A stretch of DNA of 64,000 nucleotides, from the IMG/VR virus record IMGVR_UViG_3300023180_005138, positions 1 through 64,000 of that record. One strand, given 5' to 3'. Shown here one piece after another: positions 44,306-54,245 of the stretch. This stretch comes from a virus. How positions within the stretch are numbered: the first letter of the stretch is position 1; each line of letters opens with the position of its first letter. A program made the translations under genes and the position numbers. The notes beneath the pieces were generated by a model. That model was given only the letters and a program-made list of their open reading frames with translations. It had not been told where the DNA came from and did no database searches.

Positions 44306-46523
44306 TGTAGCTTTTGTTTTTGCATCTACTTCTGAAAAAGACCCTCAGATTATGAGTAAGTATTTTGAAGAAGAGTTTGATGTACATTTCCTATGCTCAA
44401 AACCTAAAGATAAAATTCTAAAGAAAGATATTGATTTAGACTTGTCAGTTCTTGACGAGTATAAAGTAGTGTGTCCTGTTGGTGCAGAACCTCTAAAATA
44501 CGTAGCTGGTTTAACTGGTATTACAAAATATAATGGTATGTTTATTGAGAAGAAATGGTTACCATTTCTTCATCCTAACATGACAGTTTTCAAACCTCAA
44601 TATGAGGATGAAATCCTAAAAGCTACTATTCAACTTAAGAAAGTTCTATCTGGAGAAATTGACTCTAATATTCAAGAAAAAAACTATGTGTATATAGACT
44701 CACAAAAAGAATTAGATACTGTAATGGATAAGTTTATGTCTGCCGACCCTCTAATTGTAGATATTGAAACTTCAAGCCTATCCCCCAGAACTGGTAATGT
44801 GATTGGTATTGCTTTATCAACACAAGCACACGAAGGCTATTATATACACTCAGATCTAATAACAAATAACAAAGACTGGTTTCATAAACTGTTTGAGACT
44901 CGTAAATGTGTCCTTCATAATGCAAAATTTGATATGAACTTTCTTCAATATGAGTTTGGATTTGAGTTTCCAGACTTTGAAGACACAATGCTTATGCATT
45001 ATTGTCTAGAAGAATCTGTAGGTACACACGGTCTTAAACCCCTAGCTCTAAGATTTACTGATCTTGGAGACTATGAACGTGAGCTTGATGAGTACAAGAA
45101 AACTTTTGCGCGTAAAAACAAGATCAAACTAGAAGACTTTAATTATGGTATGATTCCAACAGACATTCTCGCTCCATATGCTGAGAAAGATGCCGATGCT
45201 ACATATCAACTGTGGAACAAGTTCAATCCACTAATTAGTAAAAATAAAGAGTTTTCTTATCTTTACAATAAGATTCTAAAACCTGCTACACTTGCTCTTA
45301 TGAGACTAGAGCATAATGGCGGTCCTATTGATATGGATAAGCTATCTTCTATAGAAGAAGAGTATAAAATTGATATAGAAGAATGTTTAGCTGAGATTGA
45401 ATTGCACGAAGATGTTAAAACTTTTGAACGTCTTCATAATAAAACATTTAATCCAAATAGTACTCAACAATTACAAGAACTTTTCTTTAAGATTATTAAA
45501 CTTAAACCTACCAAAAAAACTGCAACAGGTGCTTGGTCTGTTGATAAAGAAGTTCTTGCCGAGTTAAAACATCCACTATCTCAGGCTATTCTTGATCTTC
45601 GTGAAAAGAATAAGCTTCTAAATACCTATATTTCTAGTATTAGAAATGGTGTTGACCAAGATTTACGACTCCGTAGCGGATTCAATATTCATGGAACTAC
45701 TTCTGGACGACTGTCTAGTTCTGGTGTTCTAAATTATCAAAATATTCCAAGAGATAATAAAGATGTAAAAAAACTGTTTAAAGCACGCCCTGGATATAAA
45801 ATTGTTCAAGGAGACCTTGGAACCGCAGAAGTTTATATTGCAGCCGCACTAAGTAACGATCAGTTCTTACAACGAGCGTTTAAAGAAAAACTAGACTTTC
45901 ACTCTTATGTTGCAAAGCAGATTTTTAATCTACCTTGCGAAGTGAACGAAGTTAAAAGTGCGTTCCCAGATAAGAGACAACACGCAAAAGCTATTACCTT
46001 CGGTATTATGTATCAAGCTGGTCCGGCAAAAATTGCAGAAACTGCCGATGTAACACCTACAGAGGCTAAATCTTTTATCGCAAAATATTTTAGAGAAGCC
46101 TATGCCCTAAAATCTTATATTGATGATAGTAACTCTCAAATTGAGAATAATGCTTTTATCTATAGTTTCTTCGGGCGTAAACGTAGATTACCAGAATCGC
46201 GCTCTCCAAATCGTGGTGTAGCACAACATGCAATTCGTTCTGGTGTTAACTTCTTAGTTCAGAGTGTGGCTTCTGATATTAATATTTTTGGTTTAATCGA
46301 CTTAATTAAGTGGATTGATGATAATGAGTATCAAAATGATATTCTACCCTTTACAGTCGTACATGACTCTATTGTTGCAGAAGTTAGAGAAGATTTAATT
46401 GACTTATATATTTCTAAGACAAAAGAGTTTATTCAGATTGATAGAGGTTGCTCTATTGAAGACTGTCCTATTGGAATGGACTTCGAAGTAGGGCCTAGTT
46501 GGGGAGAACTCAACGATTATTGA
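44295..46523 (+). CDS. polA: Family A DNA polymerase with 3'-5' exonuclease, T5-like
   Basis: DIET exo I, HNAKFD, DTML, YA..DAD; TSGRLSS, QNIP, DLGTAE, RQHAKAITFGIMY, VHDS. Confidence 0.96.
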   Translation: MSNNVAFVFASTSEKDPQIMSKYFEEEFDVHFLCSKPKDKILKKDIDLDLSVLDEYKVVCPVGAEPLKYVAGLTGITKYNGMFIEKKWLPFLHPNMTVFKPQYEDEILKATIQLKKVLSGEIDSNIQEKNYVYIDSQKELDTVMDKFMSADPLIVDIETSSLSPRTGNVIGIALSTQAHEGYYIHSDLITNNKDWFHKLFETRKCVLHNAKFDMNFLQYEFGFEFPDFEDTMLMHYCLEESVGTHGLKPLALRFTDLGDYERELDEYKKTFARKNKIKLEDFNYGMIPTDILAPYAEKDADATYQLWNKFNPLISKNKEFSYLYNKILKPATLALMRLEHNGGPIDMDKLSSIEEEYKIDIEECLAEIELHEDVKTFERLHNKTFNPNSTQQLQELFFKIIKLKPTKKTATGAWSVDKEVLAELKHPLSQAILDLREKNKLLNTYISSIRNGVDQDLRLRSGFNIHGTTSGRLSSSGVLNYQNIPRDNKDVKKLFKARPGYKIVQGDLGTAEVYIAAALSNDQFLQRAFKEKLDFHSYVAKQIFNLPCEVNEVKSAFPDKRQHAKAITFGIMYQAGPAKIAETADVTPTEAKSFIAKYFREAYALKSYIDDSNSQIENNAFIYSFFGRKRRLPESRSPNRGVAQHAIRSGVNFLVQSVASDINIFGLIDLIKWIDDNEYQNDILPFTVVHDSIVAEVREDLIDLYISKTKEFIQIDRGCSIEDCPIGMDFEVGPSWGELNDY

Positions 46524-46544
46524 GGGGGGAAGAGAGAATGACTA

Positions 46545-46997
46545 TTGAGAAATATATTACTAGCCTTAATATTATTTTTAATTCCCAAACAAATTAAAGC
46601 AAATGAAGCTTTGAACGAAGCTAGATCTTGGTTAGGGTATCACGAAAGAAAAAATAGAGTATCTTTAAAAAATTTTTTAAAGATAGACCCTGTAAGAGTA
46701 GAGTGGTGTGCTGCTTTTATGAACTCTGTTTTAAAAAAAGCAGGATATAAAAGCACTAATAGCTTAATGGCTAGAAGCTATTTAAGATATGGTAAAAAAA
46801 CTAGAAAACCAAAAGTGGGAGATATAGCTATCTTTAAAAGAGGTAGAAGTAGAATAACAGGACACGTTGCTTTCTATTTAGGTACTGAAATTATTAATGG
46901 TAAAAAGTTTATCAAAGTACTAGGAGGCAATCAAGATAAAAAAGTTAGTATTACTTTATTGCCTTACAAAAGACTGTTAGCATATAGGACATATTAA
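46545..46997 (+). CDS. TIGR02594-family (NlpC/P60-like) peptidoglycan hydrolase with signal peptide
   Basis: WCAAFMN, ARSY, GDIAIF.RG, GHVAFY, VLGGNQ; TTG start. Confidence 0.8.
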   Translation: MRNILLALILFLIPKQIKANEALNEARSWLGYHERKNRVSLKNFLKIDPVRVEWCAAFMNSVLKKAGYKSTNSLMARSYLRYGKKTRKPKVGDIAIFKRGRSRITGHVAFYLGTEIINGKKFIKVLGGNQDKKVSITLLPYKRLLAYRTY

Positions 46998-47444
46998 ATG
47001 AATCTAATTGATACTACAGATGATAGGTTATATGCAACTTGTAACCATGTTGCTAAACCAGAATCTTTAAGTATAAAAATGCTTAGAGATAAAATGATTA
47101 AAGTTATGAAAAAAGAAAAAGGCATAGGATTAGCGGCTACTCAAGTAGGTAGGTCCGAGGCTATTTTTATTATGTATAAAGAAGGAAGAATCATAACTTG
47201 TTTAAACCCTGCTATTTCTTGGCAGTCAGACGATGTGGTAGAAATGAAAGAAGGATGTGTTAGCTTTCCTAATATGTTCGTTAACCTGTGGCGTCCTTCT
47301 AAAATTATTGCAGAATATACTGATATTAGAGGAAAAAGAATAACTGAAAAAATGGAAGGTATAGAAGCGAGATGTTACCAACATGAGCTTGATCATTTAA
47401 GTGGTATCACTTTTATCCATAGACAAAATGAACAAGTTCAGTAA
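46998..47444 (+). CDS. def: Peptide deformylase
   Basis: GIGLAATQVG, EGCVSFP, QHELDH. Confidence 0.95.
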   Translation: MNLIDTTDDRLYATCNHVAKPESLSIKMLRDKMIKVMKKEKGIGLAATQVGRSEAIFIMYKEGRIITCLNPAISWQSDDVVEMKEGCVSFPNMFVNLWRPSKIIAEYTDIRGKRITEKMEGIEARCYQHELDHLSGITFIHRQNEQVQ

Positions 47445-47937
47445 GTTAAATTTTCCTATTTTCGGGTTAAAAACTGTTGTAGACTTTAATTTTACTATTA
47501 ATGAAATATTTACTACAATAAATGGACAAAAATATATCGTAGATGATAAATCTATTAATAATCCATCTTATTTAAGTAGATTAATAGAGTTAGACTCTAG
47601 AAAAAAGTATCAAAGACTAAAATTTGACTATACTATTAGAAATATGGAAGAATTATTAAAATCTGATTGTAAAGTAGGAATTGATGAGCTAGGAAACATT
47701 AGATATTTTGATGTAAAAGAACAATTTAAATATTCTGAGCGAAAAATAGTCAAAAATAGAAATAAACACTTTTGGTTTGATAAAATAAGCTACCCTTTTA
47801 CCTTAGATTTAGAGAATATAGAAAAAATTGCTGAAGATTACAAATACTATTATGGAAAACTAACATATATTAACAGAAATTGGTATTTTTTAGGTTTTTC
47901 TGATGAAAAAGGCACTAAAGATAAGATATGGATATAA
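47428..47937 (+). CDS. Hypothetical protein (T5-like core context)
   Basis: Start moved to MNKFSKL. Confidence 0.6.
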   Translation: MNKFSKLNFPIFGLKTVVDFNFTINEIFTTINGQKYIVDDKSINNPSYLSRLIELDSRKKYQRLKFDYTIRNMEELLKSDCKVGIDELGNIRYFDVKEQFKYSERKIVKNRNKHFWFDKISYPFTLDLENIEKIAEDYKYYYGKLTYINRNWYFLGFSDEKGTKDKIWI

Positions 47938-49013
47938 ACAAAGACACTTTTTGCTCTCGTCCTTTTAATGAAATTAATATTGATATATATGGAGGTATTA
48001 GCCCTTGTTGTACCATGTATGGTAAGCCTTATCAATCTATAAATAACTATTTAAACAGCGATTTTCTAAAAGATTTAAAAAAAGACCTTACTACAGGAGT
48101 TAAAAGTACCTCGTGTTTTAGATGCTGGATACACGAAAACAGAGGAACTTGGTCAAATAGAGAACTTAATGAGATAAAAGACTCTATAAACTATGCACAT
48201 ATAAAGTTTTCTAATAAATGTAATTTGAAATGTCTAATGTGTAGTAAATACCATTCCTCAGCAATTGGACAAGAAGAAACTGGTAAAACAAACATAGTTA
48301 ATGCGTTTGATAATAATGTTTTAAAAGAAGATTTTTACAATAATATACTTCCTAAATTAGAAATAGCATGTATAAGTGGAGGTGAGCCTTTTTTATCAGA
48401 GGATCATTTGCATTTTCTACTACATGCTCATAAAGTTAACCCTGATTTGATGTTAATATATAATTCTAATGTTACAACTTCTAGTTATAAAGGTTATAAT
48501 TTTGTAGATTTATGGAAAAAATATAAACAAGTATGGGTATCCCCGTCGGTTGATGGGTTTGGTAACATTCAAGAATATCAGAGATATGGAAGTAAATGGG
48601 AGATAATAGAAGAAAATCTACTTTATTTTAAAAATTATATAAATTTTATACATTGCTGCGTATCAATCTATAATATTAGTAATATTACAAAATTAATTAA
48701 CTGGTGTGTTAAACATGATACTAAAATAAGGTTTTTCTACGTAAGTGATCTTTGGCTAGACGCAATTACACTACCAAAGTTAGAAAAGAAATTAATTATT
48801 GAAGAATATAAACAATTAAAAAATATTCCAGAAGATTTACAATTAGAAATAAAAAATAATATACTAGTACCTTTATTAAATGAGGTTCCAGAGAAGTATA
48901 GGATAGAAAATAATAAAAAATTTAAAGAACACACAAAAAAGAAAGATAGGATTAGAAATAAATCTTTTATAGAAGAAGTTCCTTTATTGAAAGAATGGTA
49001 TGAAAAAATATGA
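47928..49013 (+). CDS. Radical SAM protein with N-terminal twitch/SPASM-like domain
   Basis: FCSRPF...PCC...C.RCW..E; CNLKCLMC, SGGEPF, SVDG.G...EYQR. Confidence 0.88.
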   Translation: MDINKDTFCSRPFNEINIDIYGGISPCCTMYGKPYQSINNYLNSDFLKDLKKDLTTGVKSTSCFRCWIHENRGTWSNRELNEIKDSINYAHIKFSNKCNLKCLMCSKYHSSAIGQEETGKTNIVNAFDNNVLKEDFYNNILPKLEIACISGGEPFLSEDHLHFLLHAHKVNPDLMLIYNSNVTTSSYKGYNFVDLWKKYKQVWVSPSVDGFGNIQEYQRYGSKWEIIEENLLYFKNYINFIHCCVSIYNISNITKLINWCVKHDTKIRFFYVSDLWLDAITLPKLEKKLIIEEYKQLKNIPEDLQLEIKNNILVPLLNEVPEKYRIENNKKFKEHTKKKDRIRNKSFIEEVPLLKEWYEKI

Positions 49014-49810
49014 CAATAAACCACTTGATTACACTAAATAATTGGAGCATAAATACTTTTAACAGGTTTTTTATAACTGTAGATGAGTTTAGAAAAAATA
49101 GATTTATGCCTCATACTAGTAATAAAATAGTCGCAAATTTATTTTATGAGCCTTCCACTAGAACAAGCTCTAGTTTTTACGCGGCTGCTAAAAAAGTCGG
49201 GGCTGATGTTATCTCTATTAACAACGTTAACTACTCAAGCGTAGCAAAAGGAGAAACTTTAGAAGACACTATAAGGACTTTAGCCTGTTATAGTCAAATT
49301 ATAGTACTTAGGCACCCGGAAATTGGAGCAGCAAAGCGTGCAGCTAATATTTCTCCAGTTCCAATTATAAATGCTGGTGACGGAGCAGGAGAACACCCGA
49401 CACAAACACTATTAGACCTATATACTATATATAAAAACTTTGGAAAAATAGAAGATTTAAAAATCGCGTTCGTTGGAGATAATAAAAATAGCAGAACAGT
49501 GCATTCTTTAGGTAAGGTTTTAGAAAAATGCGCTGAAGTTTACTATTGTGATGATTATTCTGTTGATAATATACCAGAATCAGACATATATTACTTAACA
49601 AGAGTACAAAAAGAGCGAGGAAGCTCTGGTAGTTATGAATTAACAAAAGAACATATTGATAAATTACCAGAAAAATGTATAGTTATGCACCCATTTCCTA
49701 GAAATGAAGAAATTCCTCAGTGGTTTGATAGCGATCCAAGAGCAAAATACTTTGAGCAAATGTCAAATGGGCTTTATGTCAGAATGGCAATACTTTATGA
49801 GAGACTATGA
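49010..49810 (+). CDS. pyrB: Aspartate carbamoyltransferase catalytic subunit
   Basis: FYEPSTRT, SVAKGETL.DT, LRHP, NAGDG..EHPTQTLLD, TRVQKER, MHPFPR. Confidence 0.95.
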   Translation: MTINHLITLNNWSINTFNRFFITVDEFRKNRFMPHTSNKIVANLFYEPSTRTSSSFYAAAKKVGADVISINNVNYSSVAKGETLEDTIRTLACYSQIIVLRHPEIGAAKRAANISPVPIINAGDGAGEHPTQTLLDLYTIYKNFGKIEDLKIAFVGDNKNSRTVHSLGKVLEKCAEVYYCDDYSVDNIPESDIYYLTRVQKERGSSGSYELTKEHIDKLPEKCIVMHPFPRNEEIPQWFDSDPRAKYFEQMSNGLYVRMAILYERL

Positions 49811-51099
49811 ACAAAATTAACATAAAATCAGCAACAATTACAGATAAAATATACATAAAAGAAGAAGATATTCAAGATATTTCTGCTTTTGAACAAGCAT
49901 ATACATATCAAATTGTTGATGATTTTCACTATACCTATGAATATGACGAAGATACTGGAATATATACTGTTCCTAGCAATTCTTATGCTAAATTAGATAT
50001 AGAAACTGTTGAAGACTTAAGAAATTTTGAAGATTCTGAGAAAAAATTTGAATTTAAAGGGCAATTAAGAGAAGAACAGCAAGATATGGTAGATGCTTTC
50101 TTCCAAATCAAGGACAGGGTGCGTAGTGGACTATTCCAAGCACCTTGCGGCTGGGGTAAAACCTATGTAGGATGCAATCTTTTAGCCCGTGCTAACAAAC
50201 CCACTTTAATTTTAGTTCACACAAAGCTACTTTTTAGACAATGGATTGAAGAGTTAGAAAAACAAATACCAGGAATAAAAATTGGTCGAGTTGGAGACGG
50301 TCTTTTAGATATTCAAGACATTACAGTAGGCATTTATAAAAGTGTATTGAACAATATTCCTCAACTACATGATAAGTTTGGTCTTCTAATGGTTGACGAA
50401 GCTCATTTATGTCCTGCAGATATGTTCTCTCAAGCAGTAAATGCTATAAATTGTAGAGCAAAAATAGCTATTACAGCTACTCCTCGTAGAAAAGATGGAA
50501 AACATATAGTTTTAGACGACTATTTTACCACATTTAAGTCATATGCGTATGACCCACGAGTTCTTGCAACTCCAAAAGTTGAAATATACCAAACAGCTAT
50601 TAGATTTAATGTGGTTGACCCAAAACGAGATTGGAGTAGGCAAACTAACTCTCTAGCAAAAAATTCACAATTGCGCCGGCTGGTAGCTGAAAAAGCCATA
50701 TCAAAAGTGAGTGGAGGTCGCTGTATACTCATTTTAGGAGAACGTCTAGATTGGCTTCGTGAGTTAAATAAAATTATACCTGAATCAGTTCTTTTAATTG
50801 GAGAAACTGGGGAAGAACAACGTAAAGAAATATTAGATAACGTAGGTACAAAGTATAAAGTAGTTTTAACAACTAAGTTATTTGATGAAGGCATTAGCTG
50901 TCATAGACTTGATACTTTATTTTTAGTATTTCCTTCTAATAATCCCATAAAACTGGAACAAAGAATTGGTAGAATTATTAGAGAACATCCCGAAAAGAAA
51001 CGTCCTCTTATTTGTGATTTTTGGTTAACAGGACCGATAGTACAAAAACAACAAACTAATAGAAGAAACTGGTATATACAAAGAGGGTACTCTCTATGA
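49807..51099 (+). CDS. SF2 helicase (T5 D10-like)
   Basis: APCGWGKT, VDEAH, TATPRRKDG, EGIS, QRIGRI.R. Confidence 0.92.
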   Translation: MNKINIKSATITDKIYIKEEDIQDISAFEQAYTYQIVDDFHYTYEYDEDTGIYTVPSNSYAKLDIETVEDLRNFEDSEKKFEFKGQLREEQQDMVDAFFQIKDRVRSGLFQAPCGWGKTYVGCNLLARANKPTLILVHTKLLFRQWIEELEKQIPGIKIGRVGDGLLDIQDITVGIYKSVLNNIPQLHDKFGLLMVDEAHLCPADMFSQAVNAINCRAKIAITATPRRKDGKHIVLDDYFTTFKSYAYDPRVLATPKVEIYQTAIRFNVVDPKRDWSRQTNSLAKNSQLRRLVAEKAISKVSGGRCILILGERLDWLRELNKIIPESVLLIGETGEEQRKEILDNVGTKYKVVLTTKLFDEGISCHRLDTLFLVFPSNNPIKLEQRIGRIIREHPEKKRPLICDFWLTGPIVQKQQTNRRNWYIQRGYSL

Positions 51100-51557
51100 G
51101 TTTTTACTTTAACTGGTATGAGTTGCTTAAAAAATCCAAAAAGGATTACGATTCAATAATCGTATTGACATATGCTTCTACTTTTGGATATAATAAGAAA
51201 ATTGCAAATAGCTCGTTAGAATTAGTAAAAAAACTATATGTTCATAGAATACCAAACTGGTTAAATTCTAGTTTAATAACAAATAGAAGTTTTGAAATCT
51301 TTAATAATTATAGAGTTGAAGAACCTCAAAGCTATTTTAGAAATCCATCATTTCTCAAAACTGTTACACCAGTAACACATAAAATACAATACTTATGGTT
51401 GCTTTCGCACAGAAGAAATGATGATAAAAACCCATTTATTAACAGAGACTTTTTTAAGTTAAAAGAAATAGATGGTATAAAAAGTAACCCATTTATAAGT
51501 ATTGACAAAGATAAGATAAATTTTATCTTAGAAAATACCTACACACAAAGAACATAG
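51096..51557 (+). CDS. Hypothetical protein
   Basis: ORF between D10 and D11 positions. Confidence 0.6.
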   Translation: MSFYFNWYELLKKSKKDYDSIIVLTYASTFGYNKKIANSSLELVKKLYVHRIPNWLNSSLITNRSFEIFNNYRVEEPQSYFRNPSFLKTVTPVTHKIQYLWLLSHRRNDDKNPFINRDFFKLKEIDGIKSNPFISIDKDKINFILENTYTQRT

Positions 51558-51581
51558 TTCAACAAGAAAGGAAACACTATT

Positions 51582-52241
51582 ATGGTATCATGGGACAAAG
51601 CTAAAGGAAACGCCGGAGGTGGCGGTGGCGGACAACGCCGAGAAATTGAGAGACTAACTCTCCCAGTCGGAGAAACAAAGATTCGACTAATTGGAGAAGT
51701 TATGCCTCGTTATGTATATTGGGTAGTAACCACAGAAGGCAAAAAGATGCCTGTTGAGTGCTTACGTTTTGATCGTCAGAAGGAAACTTTTAATGAGTCA
51801 AATAAAGACCCAATGACAGAAATTGACGAAGAGATTTATGCTGATAAACCCCAATTTGCGTATGTTTGTAATGTAATTGATCGTGCAGACAATAAGATTA
51901 AGATTTTTGATCTTCGCTCTACGATTTACAAGCAGATTGTAGACTATGCTACAAATCCTGATTACGGTAATCCAGCAGATGATAGTACAGGATATGATAT
52001 TACTATTAAGAAGGAAAAGACAGGACCTCTACCACAGAATGTTAAATATTCTGTAATTCCTGCTCGTAATAATTCTGCTCTTACAGATTCAGATAAGGGC
52101 CTAGAGCTTTTTGAACTTGATAAGATTTACAAGCGTCAATCTTATGAAGAGCAAAAACAGTGGCTTCTTCAAAATACGGCTTATTTTGCTGAAGAAGCTT
52201 CTGATGAATTTAAGCCAGAAGCAGTAGAGGATCTCGACTAA
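51582..52241 (+). CDS. ssDNA-binding protein (T5 D11-like)
   Basis: IRLIG.V.PRYVYW, YVCNVIDR, GYD..IKKEKTGPLP.NV.Y; acidic C-terminal tail. Confidence 0.85.
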   Translation: MVSWDKAKGNAGGGGGGQRREIERLTLPVGETKIRLIGEVMPRYVYWVVTTEGKKMPVECLRFDRQKETFNESNKDPMTEIDEEIYADKPQFAYVCNVIDRADNKIKIFDLRSTIYKQIVDYATNPDYGNPADDSTGYDITIKKEKTGPLPQNVKYSVIPARNNSALTDSDKGLELFELDKIYKRQSYEEQKQWLLQNTAYFAEEASDEFKPEAVEDLD

Positions 52242-53066
52242 ATGGCAAAAAAGTCACTAAGTGATTTTACTACAGTAGAAGCAGAGGAAAATTCTGCTCC
52301 TACTGGGGCCTTATTAGTAGGCCCAGAAGGTCAGACACAAGTTGACCTACAAAAACTAAGAGAAACCTGTTCTGTATTTTTTGCTACACCTTGCTATGGT
52401 GGTATGATTACAGACCAGTACTTTTTAAGTATTTTTAAAGCATCTCAAGAATTAGTAAGGCATAATATTACCTTCCGACTAACAACCCTTAGAAACGAAA
52501 GCCTTGTTACACGAGCTAGAAACATTCTTACTGCAATGTTTTTAGATTCTGGTGCTAGTCACCTATTTTTTATTGATGCTGATATAGAATTTGAACAAGA
52601 CGCAATTATTAGAATGTTAGCTATGGATAAGCCTATTATCGCAGCAGCATATCCTAAAAAAGCTCTACCAATTCAATATGCTATGAATTTCAAGTATATT
52701 GATCCTGTAAAACAACAAATCAGAGTAGAAAACGGGGCAGTAGAAGTTTGGGACGCATCTACAGGATTCTTCTGTATTAAACGTGAAGTTTTCGAAAAAA
52801 TGATGGTTGAATATCCACACCTTCATTATAAGAATGATAGTAATATTGACCCTAAACTACAAAAATATTGCTATGCATTTTTTGATACAATGATTGATGA
52901 AGATGAAAATGGTGACAATCGTTATCTATCAGAAGATTATACTTTCTGTCGTCTTTGGCAAAAGATGGGAGGAGAAATTTGGATGGACCCTAATACTAAA
53001 CTAAATCACGTAGGATCATATACTTTTGAAGGTGATTTAGGTAAAATTATTAATATGAAGAGGTAA
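52242..53066 (+). CDS. GT-A fold glycosyltransferase-like protein
   Basis: ATPCYGG, ESLVTRARN, FIDADI, TGFFCIKR, YLSEDY.FC..W...GG.IW. Confidence 0.75.
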   Translation: MAKKSLSDFTTVEAEENSAPTGALLVGPEGQTQVDLQKLRETCSVFFATPCYGGMITDQYFLSIFKASQELVRHNITFRLTTLRNESLVTRARNILTAMFLDSGASHLFFIDADIEFEQDAIIRMLAMDKPIIAAAYPKKALPIQYAMNFKYIDPVKQQIRVENGAVEVWDASTGFFCIKREVFEKMMVEYPHLHYKNDSNIDPKLQKYCYAFFDTMIDEDENGDNRYLSEDYTFCRLWQKMGGEIWMDPNTKLNHVGSYTFEGDLGKIINMKR

Positions 53067-53069
53067 TCA

Positions 53070-54245
53070 GTGAAACGTATTCTACTATTAGGAAGTGGTG
53101 AATTAGGTAAAGAAGTTGTTATTAGTGCTAAAAGACTAGGAATGCATGTAGTAGCTTGCGATAACTACTTCGGAGCACCTGCTATGTCAGTAGCAGATCA
53201 TGATGTTACTTTTGATATGCTTGATGCAAAACAACTTGAACGTGTTATAGATAAATATAAACCTGATTATATTGTTCCTGAAATAGAGGCTATTGCTACA
53301 GAAGTTTTACTAAAGAAAGAAGCAGAAGGATACACAGTAGTACCCTCTGCTAAAGCTGTAAACCTTACAATGAATCGTGATAAAATTAGAGATCGGGCAG
53401 CGGAGCTAGGCATTCGTACTGCCCGATTTTCTTATGCAGAGTCTTTAGCTTCTTTATATTCTATTGCAGATGAAATTGGATACCCTTGTGTAATAAAACC
53501 AGTAATGAGTTCGAGTGGTAAGGGACAGTCGATAGCAAACTCTGTAGAAGACCTAGCTTCTTCTTGGCAATATGCTGTGGATAATATGAGAGGAGACAGA
53601 GAAAAAGTAATCATAGAAGAGTTTATTAAATTTGATTATGAAATCACTCTTCTCACAATTAAACAACAAAATGGTCCTACTTTATTTTGTCCTCCTATTG
53701 GGCACCACCAAGAAAGTGGTGATTATAAACATAGCTGGCAACCTGCTACAGAAGAAACTTTTACAGGACATATTATTGAATCAGATGCTAGACAAATTGC
53801 AAAAACTATAACAGACGATTTAGGAGGTTCTGGCATATTTGGAGTAGAGTTTTTTGTAATAACTTCTTCAGATAGACCAGAAGTTATATTTAGTGAATTA
53901 AGTCCTCGTCCACACGATACAGGTATGATCACTATGATATCTCAAGAATTATCAGAATTTGATCTACATGTTAGGGCATTTACTGGACTTCCTATACCAG
54001 AAATTAAAGTTAGACCTAATAAAAATAAATGGGCAAGTGCTACTATTAATATTCCATCTGATACTAAATCAGGGTTAGTTTATGATCTAGAAGGTATTGA
54101 AGAAGCATTGGAACTGGGATGTGATATTAGAATCTTTGGAAAACCAAGTACAAAACCTAATAGAAGAGTAGGAGTGTTACTGTCTAATAATTTAGATACA
54201 GCACTAGAGGCTCAGAAGTTAGTCAAAATCAAGACGCAAGTGTGA
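53070..54245 (+). CDS. purT: Formate-dependent GAR transformylase
   Basis: LLLGSGELGKE, APAM.VA, KPVMSSSGKGQS, FSELSPRPHDTGM, SEF.LHVRA; GTG start. Confidence 0.95.
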   Translation: MKRILLLGSGELGKEVVISAKRLGMHVVACDNYFGAPAMSVADHDVTFDMLDAKQLERVIDKYKPDYIVPEIEAIATEVLLKKEAEGYTVVPSAKAVNLTMNRDKIRDRAAELGIRTARFSYAESLASLYSIADEIGYPCVIKPVMSSSGKGQSIANSVEDLASSWQYAVDNMRGDREKVIIEEFIKFDYEITLLTIKQQNGPTLFCPPIGHHQESGDYKHSWQPATEETFTGHIIESDARQIAKTITDDLGGSGIFGVEFFVITSSDRPEVIFSELSPRPHDTGMITMISQELSEFDLHVRAFTGLPIPEIKVRPNKNKWASATINIPSDTKSGLVYDLEGIEEALELGCDIRIFGKPSTKPNRRVGVLLSNNLDTALEAQKLVKIKTQV

